Source of the DNA: Mobula hypostoma
Lineage: Eukaryota
Reading direction: 5' to 3'
Assembly: GCF_963921235.1 (NCBI RefSeq)
Contig: NC_086108.1
Location: 37,264,001-37,328,000, forward strand
DNA length: 64,000 nt
Positions 50,001 to 63,049 of this stretch are shown one piece after another. The position numbers and the translations under genes are program-made. The stretch's first letter is position 1; each line of letters opens with the position of its first letter. Under the pieces are notes generated by a model that saw nothing but the letters and a program-made list of their open reading frames with translations, was not told where the DNA came from and ran no database searches.

Positions 50001-50889
50001 ACACACACACACAAACGGACTAATCACAGGACACATAAAAGACAAACTATGTAGATCACCAACATTTCACTCGAAGTTGCACTGATGATATTGCCTAGCC
50101 GGGTAACAAAACATCTTCAAACCAACACACCAGCTCGGCGAGCTACTCAACAGCAACACTTTACATAATAACTAGCTACTTGTCTAAGAATGGTCTCAGG
50201 TTTAGCAGGTCATTAACTGAAACTTCTTGTGTCCACATTCAGTTGTGCTGATTAGAGTATCCCAGAGCAAAAATCAGTTCAGGACTCCCAAAATGGGTGG
50301 GGGGGGGGCAGTGTGGTTGCAAGAACAGTCTCACAAAATGGCCACCTCCATCTCCTTCGAGCACATGACAAGAATAAAGGCAGTTAGTTTGTCTACTTCC
50401 ACTGCCCTTGATTCATTGGTTCATCCCAATTCACTGATTTGTAGACTGCCAACAAGGCAAAAAGCCATAGCATATTATATGGAAATACCACCAGTACAGA
50501 GTAATGATGGAAATGCTGAAAAACATATTAATAAAAATATATGGATCCAGGACATTTCTGCAATACAGATTAATGGAAATGGTAAAGTACAATCCAGCAA
50601 ATGTTACAATAAAGGGTAATGAAGTCTTGTAGAATATCTTCGCGAATACTTTAAAACACAATGTATTTACATGAATAAAACATTGATTTATTTGCAAGAC
50701 AAAACACTTAGATGCATGTTGCATGATCAAGCATCTACCCTAGTTAGCACATCTCATGGTCATTGTTTTAAAAAAAAACAAGCACACCATCTGTCTTTCC
50801 TGTACAAAAGTCTTGGATACATATATGTTGCTCTCGAAGCTAACAAATGAAGGTGTGGGGGGGGGAGCTTTTGAAAAGCATTAGGTTAT

Positions 50890-53025
50890 CCATATATCCA
50901 TCCCTGGGGCAGGACGGGATATACTCCAGGTTACTATGGGAAGTAAGGGATGAGATTGCTGCACCTTTGGTGATGATCTTTGCATCCTCACTGGCCACAG
51001 GAGTGGTACCAGATGATTGAAGGGAGGCAAATGTTAATCATTTTTTCTAGAAAGGGGGTAGGGATAACTCTGGGAATTATAGAACAGTGACCTTATTTCA
51101 GTGGTGGGCAAGTTATTGGAGAAGATTCTTAGAGACAGCATTTATGAATATTTGGAGAAGTACATTTTGATTAGGGACTGTCAGCATGACTTTGTGTAGA
51201 ACAGGTCATGCCTCACATGCCTGATTGAATTCTCTGAGGATGTGACAAAGCACATTGATGAAGGTAGAACAGTGAACATGGTGTAATATGGACTTTAGTA
51301 AGGCATTTGATAAGGTGCCCCATGATAGGCTCATTCAGAAAGCCAGGAGAAATGGGATCCAGGTAAACTTGGCTGTGTGGATCTAGAAGTGGCCTGCCCA
51401 TAGAAGGCAGAGGGTAGTTGTAAATGGAGCATATTCTACTTGAAGGTCTGTGATCAGTGGTGTTCTGCAAGGATCTGTTCTGGGACCGCTCCTTTTGCGA
51501 TTTTTATAAATGACTTGGATGAGGAAGTGAAAGGGTGGGTTAGTAAATTTGCAGGTGACATGAAGGTTGGTGGAGTTGTGGCTTGTGTAGAATTTTGTCA
51601 TAGGTGGCAAAGGGACTTTAACGGAATGATATCTGGGCTGAGAAGTGGCAGATGAAGTCCAACCTGGAAAAGTGTGAAGTGATTCACTTCGAAAAGTCAA
51701 ATTTGAAGACAGAATACAGGATAAGGGTACAATTCTTAGCAATATGGGGGAACAGGGGGGAATTGAGGTCCACTTCCATAAATCCCTCAAAGTTCCCATG
51801 CAATTTGATAGGGTTGTTAAGAAGGTGTATGGTGTGTTGCTTTCATTAGTAAGGGGATTGAGTTCAATCAATGTAATGATACAGCTCTATAAAACCCCAG
51901 TTAGACACCACTTGGAATACTGTGTTCAGTTCTGGTCTCTTCAAGCTAGTCATAGTCATAGTCATAGTCATAGTCATACTTTATTGATCCCAGGAGACAC
52001 TGACTTTCATTACAGTTGCACCATAAATAATAAATAGTAATAGAACCATAAATAGTTAAATAGTAATATGTAAATAATGCCAGTAAATTATGAAATAAGT
52101 CCAGGACCAGTCTATTGGCTCAGGGTGTCTGACCCTCCAAGGGAGGAGTTGTAAAGTTTGATGGCCAAAGGCAGGAATGAATTCCAGTGACGCTCTGTGC
52201 TACACCTCGGTGGAATGAGTCTCTGGCTGAATGTACTCCTGTGCCCACCCAGTACATTATGTAGTGGATGGGAGACATTAACCAAGAGGGCATGCAACTT
52301 AGACAGCATCCTCTTTTCAGACACCACCGTGAGAGAGTCCAGTTCCATCCCCACAACATCACTGGCCTTACGAATGAGTTTGTTGATTCTGTTGGTGTCT
52401 GCTACCCTCGGCCTGCTGCCCCAGCACACGGCAGCAAACATGATAGCACTGGCCACCACAGACTCATAGAACATCCTCAGCATCGTCCGGCAGATGTTAA
52501 AGGACCTCAGTCTCCTCAGGAAATAGAGACGACTCTGACCCTTCTTGTAGACAGTCTCAGTGTTCTTTGACCAGCTGTAGAAGAGATTTACCAGCATGCT
52601 GCCTGGATTGGAGAGCATGTCTTATGAGGATAGGTAGAGTGAACTAGGGCTTATCTCTTTGGACTGAGGGAGGATGCGAGATGACTTGATAGAGGTATAC
52701 AAGATAATAAGAGGTATAGATCAAGTGGACAGTCAGAGACTTTTTCTCAGCGTAGAAATAGGTAATATGATAGGGCATCATTTTAAGGTGAGCGGAGGAA
52801 TGTATGGGGGATATCTGTGGTAGGATTTTTACAGATAGTGTGGAGGGTGCATAGAATGCCCTGCAATCCGTGGTGATAGAAGCAGACACATTAAGGCGAA
52901 TAAAAGAAACTCTTAGATAGCCCCAGGGATAAAAGAAAAATGGAGGTAAGAGGGAAAGGTTAGACTGATCTAACATTCTGGGACGAAGGGCTTGTATTGT
53001 GCTGTAATGTTCTATGTTCAATGTT
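50890..53025 (+). mobile_element. Decayed CR1 ORF2 interrupted by a Rex1 insertion at ~51948-52576
   Basis: SCLTCLIEFS; FINDLDE..SKFAGDMKVGG; RHHLEYCVQFWS; CR1 3' end at ~53000-53020. Confidence 0.85.
51948..52576 (-). mobile_element. Young Rex1-type LINE 3' fragment
   Basis: ORF 52112..52618 KKGQSRLYFLRRLRSFNIC..FYESVVASAIMFAAVCWG; (TAGTCA)n tail. Confidence 0.88.
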
Positions 53026-53426
53026 ATAAATGGTACCATTTTTTCAAATGTCCATAATTCAATTTAGAAAATGCGCAGAAATCACTCAGTGTAGTACCAT
53101 TCCTCCACAGTACTATAATGAATGGCATCAAAAGCACATAAGGTGGATAGAAAGATCAATTCCTAAAAGTGGATAGAGAGAAAACTAGTTCTGCTATACT
53201 GAGAAAATGTTCAGCGTTTTGAATTTTAAAATATTATGAGATCTTCTTCGTATGTGCATGTGTTAATAAGCTGATCATTCTTAACCCGTATCTGTCTGTA
53301 AATCAGATCAAAAACAGTGCTTACTAAGGTTCAGAGAAATGCTGCAGTGAAGATTCTGTGAATTATTGCAATACAGAGCAGGGAAATTCATCACATAGTG
53401 TAGGAATATATTGCAATATTTGTCAA

Positions 53427-54208
53427 GGGGAATGCTGATGGATTATCCCATTTACTCTTGAAAAAGGAAATACTGGACAAAGTTGCAAAAGAGGACACAT
53501 CTCATGACATATTATCCATAATGCAAATTGAAAGTCTCCCTATTTTGGCAGAGACGATCCAAAGAGAAGCCAGTAAAGACCTGGAGATGACATATCAGTT
53601 AGTTGAGGAGAACAGAGTCAGTTTTTTAGAGCAGACTGATGTCCAGAGCTACCAGAACCACTTCCTGCAGTCCCAGAGGCTACCCACCATGGAGGAGGCC
53701 CCAGAACCTGAGGCTGTTTCGCAGCCACAAGTATTTCCTGCCAAGCAGAGTGACATTCCCCTCCCTCACAACCATCAGGAGAGACATTACCCCACAAATG
53801 TACAAAATCATCCACGGTAATTAAATCTTTAGGCCTGAGTGGGACAATTTAAAATTTACCATGCTGTGGATGTCTAAATAGTAATTTTATTCTAGAGTAT
53901 ACTGCATATATATTGTATATAAGTTGAGAAGTCTCCTAATTTGAGTTAGAGTTTATAGCTAAACAGGGAGGAGTGTTGTGTATTTAATACTTCAGTAACA
54001 TTTGAGTAATATTGTAAGTATTGCTTGATTAAGTGTTCTTTATTTACCTAACTCATTATGTAAAACTAAATGAATGGCATACATCATCATGCCACGGTAT
54101 CATATGTACGCACCTCACTAAAAGTAAAGAATGAAGCAGGCATGTTAATTCCAGGCTCCGTATTTTTCCTTTGATTAGTTTTGTGTTTTGGAGTTACAAA
54201 ACCTAACG
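53427..54208 (+). mobile_element. Deleted Gypsy 3' portion with PPT and LTR (53974-54208)
   Basis: GNADGLS (end of RNase H); PPT AGGGAGGAG; LTR TGTTGT..CCTAACG homologous to 58226-58478. Confidence 0.75.
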
Positions 54209-54214
54209 GCTAAG

Positions 54215-57200
54215 TGTTCTGGGACACCAGTTCCTGAGAACAGCCTTCTCAACAGTTCAACAGTGTGCAAGACTGTAATGGAGACACTTATGGCCACTAT
54301 GTATCTGCATCCACTACTACCAAAAAATAAATTGTGCTTATGAATGGTCTGGCAAAATCCTTTGCCAGGAAAATGCAGACCATTCATAGGGATGGAGAGG
54401 TACTGCTCTTGCAATCTTCTGGACATGTTGGCATCACAAACAGTGCATGGTAAACTGCTCAATCTGCTGACCTATTTCCAGACCACCAGGCCAAGTCAAG
54501 CCTATCATTTTGAACACATCTAGGTGACCAGCATGTAGCTCTTCCATCACTTTAACTCTCAACTTGGATGGTATAACTACTTTCAATCCCTACACAAGGC
54601 AACTCCCCATCAACGGCAAGTTCGTCTCAGCAGTGGTAAAAAATGGGGGAACTGGAAACTCTGCTGCACATTCCATCCATTTTGGGTAGCCATGTAGATC
54701 TGAGACCATGTGGGTTTTTTCTGGTTTCATTTCTGCCATAACAGGGAGACTTTTAATTTGAACTTGGTGGAATATGTCAAGAGGAATGTCCACTTTTATA
54801 AATCTTCCAGGTATTTCCTTTTCCAGGGGTAAAAGAGACAATTCATCACCATTTCCATGACTAGCTGTCCACTTGTATTCATTCTTGTATTTGTATCCAC
54901 CGAGAAACAGCCCAACTCTATATTTGTGCTGCTGCTGTTAGTGGAACACTCTTCAGTGGATTGAAAATGGACATCAGTGGTTAATGATCAGTAATGAATT
55001 AAGCTACTCCTTATGGATACTAGTTGAAATGTTTTACACTCCGAAACCAACTCAAGGTTTCCCTGTCAATCTGTATATAATTTTTCTCTTAGTGGTAAGG
55101 GAGCGTGATGCCAAGGCTATGGGACGTTCACTTCAGTCACTCACAGCATGTGACATGACTGCACCTATATTATAAGCTGAGGTACCACAAGCAAGCTTTA
55201 CTGGACGATATGGTTCATAATGTATTTGATTACAGTGTCCGACATCACCATTTCCTTTATCGTTTGGAAAGTTGCCTCACACTGCTTTGCCCATTGCCAT
55301 TTCTTCCCGATCTGTAGTAAGGGTTGAAAGGTTCAAAGGTTCAAAGGTTCATTTATTTTCAAAGGTATACAACTCTGAAATTCTTCTTCTCCCGATAGCC
55401 ATGGATCCAAGAAAGAAAAGAATATCATGATCGTCAACACCCCCCAATCCCTCCTCTCCGCTAAAAAGAACAAAAATGGAACAGGCACATCAACCCCCAA
55501 ATCCTCCTCTCCTGCACATAAAAACATGAGAAAGATTGGGCTAAAAATACAGAATATAAGACAATTGTAAGACTGAAAGAGTGTCTGTAGTCCAAGTCCA
55601 TACCAAAAGTGCAGAAAACCTATCTAGCATTCTCCAGGCACAGAGGCAGCCTCTCCTCTCTCCAATAGCAGAGTGATCCCCCAGCGATCAAAAGGCAGGT
55701 AGTTGGTGCCCATTTCCTGCATTCACATTGATGTTTCAATCTCTCTCGTCACTTTAATCAGTGAAAAATGGAAGCTTTAATTGGTGAAATGGAGTCGATC
55801 TTTGACTTGTGTCCTGCTCACCATGAGGTTCCCACTCATTGCCTCTGCCTCCCGGAACCCTCTCGGAGACTCCAGAGCTCTGAAACATCTCAGCGATCTC
55901 TAAACTGCAAATCACAGGTTCCAACAGTTCCAAAATCAAATTGAAGGTGAAAAACAAACATAAAAGACATAAAAGAAGTGAAGTATATGGTTTCATGATC
56001 TATCCAGATGATGTCTACCGAAGGAGCATTGTATGCAGGTACGATCTTAACTGGAATGAGTTCATGGAGTGGAGCACAGTAGCCTGGTTTGGCAGAAACC
56101 TGTTATAGTAATTGACAAATCCTACAAAGGACCATACTGTGACATACCCTTTGGCTTGGGATATCCACCACTCTTGAATTTTCTCAGTACACTTATGTAA
56201 TCCTTGTGTGTTACTGATGTGACCACAGAAAATGATGATTGGTTTAAAGTATTCACACTTGGCACATCATGCTCTGAACCCATAAATTTCTAATCCAGTT
56301 AACACTGTCTTGAGATCGTGGAGATATTCCTTGCCATCCTTACATCAAGATAGCATTGAGTACCTTGGTGTCTTTGCAGCACCTGATCCATAACTTTCTA
56401 TGCAGAGACAGATGCTACTCCAAAATAAACCTAATATAGTGATAATGCCCTTAGTGAGTGTTTATGTTGACAAAGAAACAGTTTGGACTCTTCTTCTGAC
56501 TCCATCTGTAGGTAGGCCTCGGCTAAGTCCACTTTGCTGAAGTGTATTCCTCCAGAAAGGTTTGCAAGGATATCCTCTATCCTGAGCAGAGGATATTGAT
56601 CTACTTTCAATACTGAGTTGATGGTGACTTTAAAATCACCACAGAACTTGAAAGACCCATCCTTCTTGGCTACTGGGACCATTGGTGTTATCCATGGGTC
56701 CCACTCAAACTTGGGAAGAATTCCTTTAGCCTCCATGCAACCTAGCTCACTGGCTACATTATCACAGATGGTATAAGGAACTGGATGGGCTTTGTAAAAC
56801 TTGGATGTAGCAATTTTACTTAATACTATTTTACCCTCAATATATTTAAGTTTTCCAATAGTTGATTCTATTGCAGGGGATGTGGCATGAAAAGTGGTGG
56901 CTCGGACTACAATCAAGTTGTAGTTGTCTCAGCCAATCACAGCCTCACAATGCTGGCTGTCCTGTTTTTAGCACATGCAAGTCCAATGTGGTTGTTAGCT
57001 GTATTTCTCTGTTAATAATGTCATTCCCACAGGAATTATCTTTTCTCTGGTATAAGTTCTTCGTTGCATATGTGCAGGCTTCAGTTCCGTATCTTTGAGT
57101 TGTTGTTCAAACTTGTTTTGTATTGTGACTGAAACAACTAAGTCAGTGTCCAATTCTATTTTAATTCATTTGCTGCTCATTTCTGGTGCAAGCCATTTTG

Positions 57201-58478
57201 CTTGTCTCAAGTTAGTTTTTACATTGTAAGTGCCAAGGTTACTCAGTCATGTGTCACTCTTATCATTGTCAGATTTTTCATCAGCAGTATGCAGATTAAT
57301 ACTCTTTTTGAAACTACAGCTTGACTTCTTATCTTTTTGTCTTCTCTGCGCAGTCCATTTATTTTTGACTGCTCAACATGCACTTTGTATGTGTCCTACT
57401 TTGTTGTATTTTCTGCAAGTTTCACCTTTAAACCTGCATTGGCCTGCTGTATGTGAGCCCCTGCCACAAGAGCAACACAATTTGTTTGGCCAGGCAGGTT
57501 TCTGTTTAGTCATTGCAATTTTGTTCACGCTCACATTAATTCCTGACTGCAACAAAATTGCATCTCTGGCTGCTATTTCCATTGATACAACTATTTCAAC
57601 TCTTTTTCAAAATGTGAGATATGCTTCAGTTATGAGTCAATTTTGAATGCTTCCTTTTATGATTCCACAAACTAAACAATCTCAGTAAGCCTTTCACTCA
57701 GCTGACAATGCCCAGACAATTTCTTCAACTCAGCCACGTATACTGAAGTGGACTCCCCTTCCTTTTGACTCCACTTATGAAACTTAAAGTGTTCTGCAAC
57801 CACAATGGTTTTGTTTCTAAATGTTTCTGTAAAGCTCATTTCCACTATTTTGATTAGAGCAGATAAACTTCTAAGCAAACTCTTTCACCCATTGTACTCA
57901 GCAACACTGGCACTCGTTTTTAATCAGCTCTTTTATTTGCTTCAAAATACTGATCATCTTGTTCAATATACATTATCCAGTTATCTCCTGTGCAGTTGAA
58001 TGGATCCACCTTTCTGATGTAGTCAGCCATTTCTGCTTTTTAAAGTTTATGATTTTTATCACCTAGTACGCACTAATTATGAACCCATGGCCATATTTGT
58101 TGCTTGTTACTTTTGTCTGTTTTCTGCCTTTTTTAAAAAACTCTAACGTCTTGCTCCCCTTCAGAGCTACACTTCAACAGGTGGGTAGTCATCTACGGTG
58201 TGTTTTAAAATGTTCTTGTTGCCACTGTTATGTTTTTTTAACTCCAGATCGTAATTGAGAGGAAAGCACAGGAGCTGTGATTCTTGCCTACTTAGTTTTT
58301 GTTCCCCCTTTTTTTTAATGAAGTGCTCAAATATGAAATGGTGGCCTAGTAACAGGTGCCATTCATGTACTTCTTACATATGACCCATAATGAATTATGC
58401 AAACAAATAAATAATGCTTAATCAAACAATATGTTTAAAATATTACTCAAATATTACTGCAAAATTAAATATCCTACA
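54215..58478 (-). mobile_element. Decayed Gypsy retrotransposon (5' LTR, gag, pol), 3' end missing
   Basis: LTR 58226-58478 with PBS-like TGGCAACAAG; gag 57672..57878; CCHC knuckles 57373..57582; RT PMVPVAKKDGS..CGDFKVTIN..FSKVDLAEAYLQ; integrase DFARPF..LVVVDA. Confidence 0.88.
55325..56055 (-). mobile_element. Non-coding non-LTR element inserted in Gypsy pol
   Basis: (GGTTCAAA)n tail next to TTTATT; interrupts Gypsy RT/RNase H sequence. Confidence 0.6.
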
Positions 58479-58659
58479 TATATCAAGTGAAGCATTTTAG
58501 TATTGTCATCTTGTGGCTTTACTATTCATCCAACATAATTAGGACTTTTTTGACCATTATTTTTCCCAACATGCATAAGATAATTGAGCCCCTTGTACTG
58601 TACTAATAACAAATATTATGCCATTAAGTATTTGGTTGAAACTGATAGTGTCCGAGGCA

Positions 58660-59670
58660 ACAGGCCTCAATGTAATATTTGATAGGGTGCCAACCAACTG
58701 ATGGGTGTGTTCAAAGATATTTTCAGTCTCTCATTGCTACAGTCAGAAGTTCCCACCTGCTTCAAAAAGGTAACAATCATGCCAGTATGCAAGAAGAGCA
58801 GGATGAGCTGCCTTAACAACTGTCATCTAGTAGCACTCACATCTATGGTGATAAAGTGCTTTGAGAGATTGGTTATGGCTAGAATCAACTCCTCTCTCGG
58901 CAAAGATCTGGACCTACTGAAACTTGCCTATAACCATAATAGGTCTACAGTGGAGCGATCTCATTGGCTCTTAATGCGGTTTTGTATCACCTGGACAATA
59001 CCAATGGTTATGTCAGGATGTTGTCTATTGACTACAGCTCAGCGCTGAACACAATCATTCTAACAGTTCTGATCAAAAAGCTCCAAAACCTGGGCCTTTG
59101 TATCTCCCTCTGCAACTGGATCCTTGACTTCCTCACCGGAAGACGTGTGTGGATCAGAAAAAACATCTCCACCTCGCAGACAATCAACACAGGTATACCT
59201 CAGTGATGTGTGCTTAGCCCACTGCTCTACTTTCTCTACACCCATGACTGTGTGGCTAGGCACAGTTCAAATGTCGTCTATAAATTTTCTGACGACACAA
59301 CTATTGCTGGAAGAATTTCAGACGGTGACAAGAAGGTATACGGAGAGAGATATATCAGTTAAGTGGTGTTGCAGCAACAACCTTGTAGTCAATGTCAGTA
59401 AGACCAAAGAACTGACTGTGGACTTCAGAAAGGGTAAGACAAGGGAATACAAACCAGTCCTCTTAGAGAGATCAGAAGTGGAAAGAGTGATCAATTTCAA
59501 GTTTTTGGGTGTCAACATCTGAGGATCTATCCTGGACCCAACATATTGGTGCAGTTACAAAGAAGGCACGATATTTCATTAAGAATTTGAGGAGATTTCA
59601 GGATCTCAATACCTGAAGGTGATGTGTGGGGTGCCTTCAGGAAGGTGAATCCTAGGAAAGCATCTGGTTT
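58660..59670 (+). mobile_element. Decayed Rex1/Babar-type LINE (RT)
   Basis: [61 protein letters not shown]. Confidence 0.88.
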
Positions 59671-59675
59671 GGACA

Positions 59676-60117
59676 GATGAAAGACTGGATTGACTAGGTT
59701 TATACTCTCTGGAATTTAGAAGATTGAGGGGGGATCTTATTGAAACGTATAAAATTCTAAAGGAATTGGACAGGCTGGATGAAGGAAGATTGTTCCTGAT
59801 GTTGGGGCAGTCCAGAACGAGGGGTCACAGTTTAAGGACAAAGGGGAAGCCTTTTAGGACCGAGATGAGGAAAAACTTCTTCACACAGAGAGTGGTGAAT
59901 CTGTGGAATTCTCTGCCACAGGAAACAGTTGAGGTCAGTTCATTGGCTGTATTTAAGAGGGAGTTAGATATGGCCCTTGTGGCTAAAGGGATCGGGGGTA
60001 TGGAGAGAAGGCAGGTACAGGGTTCTGAGTTGGATGATTAGCCATGATCATGCTGAATGGCGGTGCAGGCTCGAAGGGCCGAATAGCCTACTCCTGAACC
60101 TATTTTCTATGTTTCTA
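59676..60117 (+). mobile_element. Young CR1 3' fragment (family of 2713-3999)
   Basis: ORF 59724..60041; TTTTCTATGTTTCTA tail. Confidence 0.92.
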
Positions 60118-60229
60118 ATGTCTGCAACATCATCATAATACAACTCAACACAAGTTGCAGTTGATAATGAGCTGATGTAGAACACACCACTCATCAGAAT
60201 TTCTGCCATTACTCCTTTTCACTTTATAG

Positions 60230-60526
60230 GCATCCGTTAGTCTCATGAGACCATGGATTTGTGCCTTGGACGGTTTCCAGGGCGCAGGCCTGGGCAAGGT
60301 TGTATAGAAGACCAGCATTTGCCCATGCTGCAAGTCTCCCCTCTCCATGCCACCGATGTTGTCCAAGGGAAGGGCATTAGGACCCATACAGCTTGGCACT
60401 AGTGTCATCACAGAGCAATGTGTGGTTAAGTGCCTTGCTCAAGGACACACACACTGCCTCAGCCAAGGCTCGAACTAGCGACCTTCAAATCACTAGATGA
60501 ACGTCTTAACCACTTGGCCACACCCT
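60230..60526 (-). mobile_element. tRNA-derived SINE with CORE-like centre and RTE-like 3' tail
   Basis: A-box TGGCCAAGTGG, B-box AGTTCGAGCC, GTGTCCTTGAGCAAGGCACTTAACC; imperfect TSD TTTTCACTT(T)ATAG. Confidence 0.8.
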
Positions 60527-61365
60527 CTTTGTCTTTTTCACTTATAGTTGTGCATTTAACATGGGCAAAATTGACCACATTTAACAAACTATGTCCTTTA
60601 CGGAAGAGATTGTGTATGCTTAACTACATCCACATAAGGTTTTGAATTAATTATTTTAAGAAATATTATTTGCTTTCTTTCAGTTGGATATTGTTAATTA
60701 TTTTCCCAGAGAATGAGCACAATTTATTGGTCTTTCCTACATTTGGAGTTCATTGAACAGTAAGAAAAGGTTTGGTGAATGAAAATAATCTTATGCCAAT
60801 ATTGATGGATCATACAGTTGGATGGAGTGATAATGTTGAAATAAATCAGTTTTATTACCAATCACATTGCTATAGCTTTTCATTATCACTAACTATATAA
60901 AAAAATAAATGGCCATAATAAAGAAAGGCATCATTTAATATGTCTCTTCTGTGGATGCTCAGACTGCTTAAGGGAGTGGTTAGTTTGTTGACAGTTGTGC
61001 TGGTAAATTGTTTTCTTAGGTATAAATATTACAATTTCACATTGAACATTTATTTGAATTATGAAGTACATGATATGGTCAAAATTATATGTGTGCTGCA
61101 AGGAACAATGATAAATCAAATTAATGTAGCAGGTAGGTTGTATGTCATATCTAGTGATGGATTTTCAAAAGACTAGAAATGCCAAGGGGCTTTATTTGAC
61201 TCCCTTATAAATCAGAAACCAACCTTGATCTATTTTGAAATCTGCATCCTATTTTGAGAGAGTGTATTTATGTGCCTGCATTGACGGTTTATAAGAGATG
61301 AAGAGAGGAGTAGATAGGTAAGAATGCAAAATATTGCTCTTCCCAGTTTGCTATGTCTCACTTAC

Positions 61366-61410
61366 ATCTGCAATGTGGTGGGATAAAGTTGAAGCTTATT
61401 AACAAATGAT
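61366..61410 (-). other. Candidate 45-nt symmetric exon on the minus strand
   Basis: Minus strand TTTCTTTCTCTGACAG|...GCAGAT|GTAAGTGAG; two open frames; repeat-free context. Confidence 0.3.
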
Positions 61411-62574
61411 CTGTCAGAGAAAGAAACACGTTTCTGTGATAATACATTCATTCCAGAGCCACCTCATGTATTTCCCTTATTATCCTCATCCTGATGTTGT
61501 CCGGGAAGAAAGAGGTTTAACTATATGTCGGAGATAAGTTGACTTCTGTATTTCCGTGGTTTATCCTAGGACAATAATATTAATTCATGATATAAAATGC
61601 ACTCGCATCAGTTTTTTGAAAGGATGTTAACTTTGTCCTTTTGCAATCTTATTGCAAGCTTACTGGATTGGTATTCTTTGTGGATTGTCAAACACGCTTG
61701 CTTAAAAGTCAAGCTCCTGTAATTGCTACCACAAACTCGTTACAGAAGGAAGTTACTTCTATTTGGGCCAGCTATATATGCCACCACAGCTGAAATATAA
61801 TCTAACAGAGCCTGAGATACTGCCCTTATGGATTTGTGATCCACAATTGACTGACGTTCAAATATCGCTGCTAGATGTAGAATAAATTTGGCCAGTATTC
61901 AGACAAGCTGCCAGAGGAAAGATGCTTTACTTTACAAGGCTGCAGTGTTCCATCACAGTAGATCAAGTACTCCTGTCTCTTTTGTCATTCAGTAGTCACA
62001 TACCTCGTATCTTTAGCTGCCTCGTAGCATTAGAATTCACAGTGGAGTTGTCTGAGCTATAGGATGTGATGGGGAAAGAGCAAAATTAAGAACAAAACAA
62101 AACAATGTGCATCGTGCTTCCATATAAAGACAGAGCTGAGATACTCTGCCTATTTTTGTCACAGAATTGCATTAATGGGATAATCTGTAGCTCTGGTGCA
62201 CACAATCAGGCTTTGATCATTGGACAGATTTTTGTGTTACCTGCATAAATGGGAATTGGTGCAGATATGCCTAAACTTCCATCCAACAGGCCCCTGATCT
62301 CTTCTTGCCTGGATAAGTTCATCATAGTGTTCTGGCAAGCCCTTAGAAATGCTGAGAGAAACTTAAATTAATAGCCACGGGGTGAACTGAACATTAGGAT
62401 TTTAACCAGCTGGTCATGAAAAATAACTCATACAATATTGCACAGAGTTCTTTCTCCAAGTGATATGGCTGGAATGCTAATTCATGATTTCAGCTCTTTT
62501 TCAGCCTGAAACCATTTCAGCCATAGAATCCCTGCCAAAATGTTGAAATTAATGCACAATGCAATTGTTGTACA

Positions 62575-62928
62575 TAGCACAATGGTGTAGTAGCTGAGGT
62601 GCTGCCTTCACTGCTCCTGTGATCTAGATTCAATATTGACCTCCAGTGCTGTCAGTCTAGCATTTGCATCTTCCTTGTGACTGTGTTAGTTTTCCCAGCT
62701 GCTTCAACTTGAGTCCACATCCCAATGACGTTGGTGGAGGGGAGCAGGTATAGTTGGTTAATTAGTCATTAAATTGCTAAATTGCCCCTTGTGTATAAAT
62801 AAATACTAGAATTTGGGCTTGGGGGTGATTGAGATATTGAAAATGTGAGAAGAATTATTGGTATAATGAGATGTTTGGCACAGACTTAGTGGGCTGAAGT
62901 TATGTTTCTATGCTACAGAACTCTATGA
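62575..62928 (+). mobile_element. Decayed HE1-like V-SINE with CR1-derived tail
   Basis: tRNA-like head TGGTGTAGTAG..GATTCAATA; decayed V-domain; 3' GGGCTGAAG..TTTCTATGCT..CTCTATG. Confidence 0.7.
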
Positions 62929-63049
62929 TAGCACTGCTTTCCCTCAAAGCTTATTATTAAAAATGCTTTGTTTACAATGGACATCTTAAAGGGTTTGTAT
63001 GATATTTAATCAAATATTTACCACAGTCAGTGTGGAAGTAACATCTTTT

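Larger units (their letters stand above)
44740..53440 (+). repeat. Ancient degenerate minisatellite, consensus ~CAGATCAGTGAAATGCTGCAATG (22-24 nt), in patches between TEs
   Basis: Patches at ~44740-44860, 44980-45220, 45600-46320, 47760-47980, 48970-49145, 50490-50620 and 53330-53440. Confidence 0.7.
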
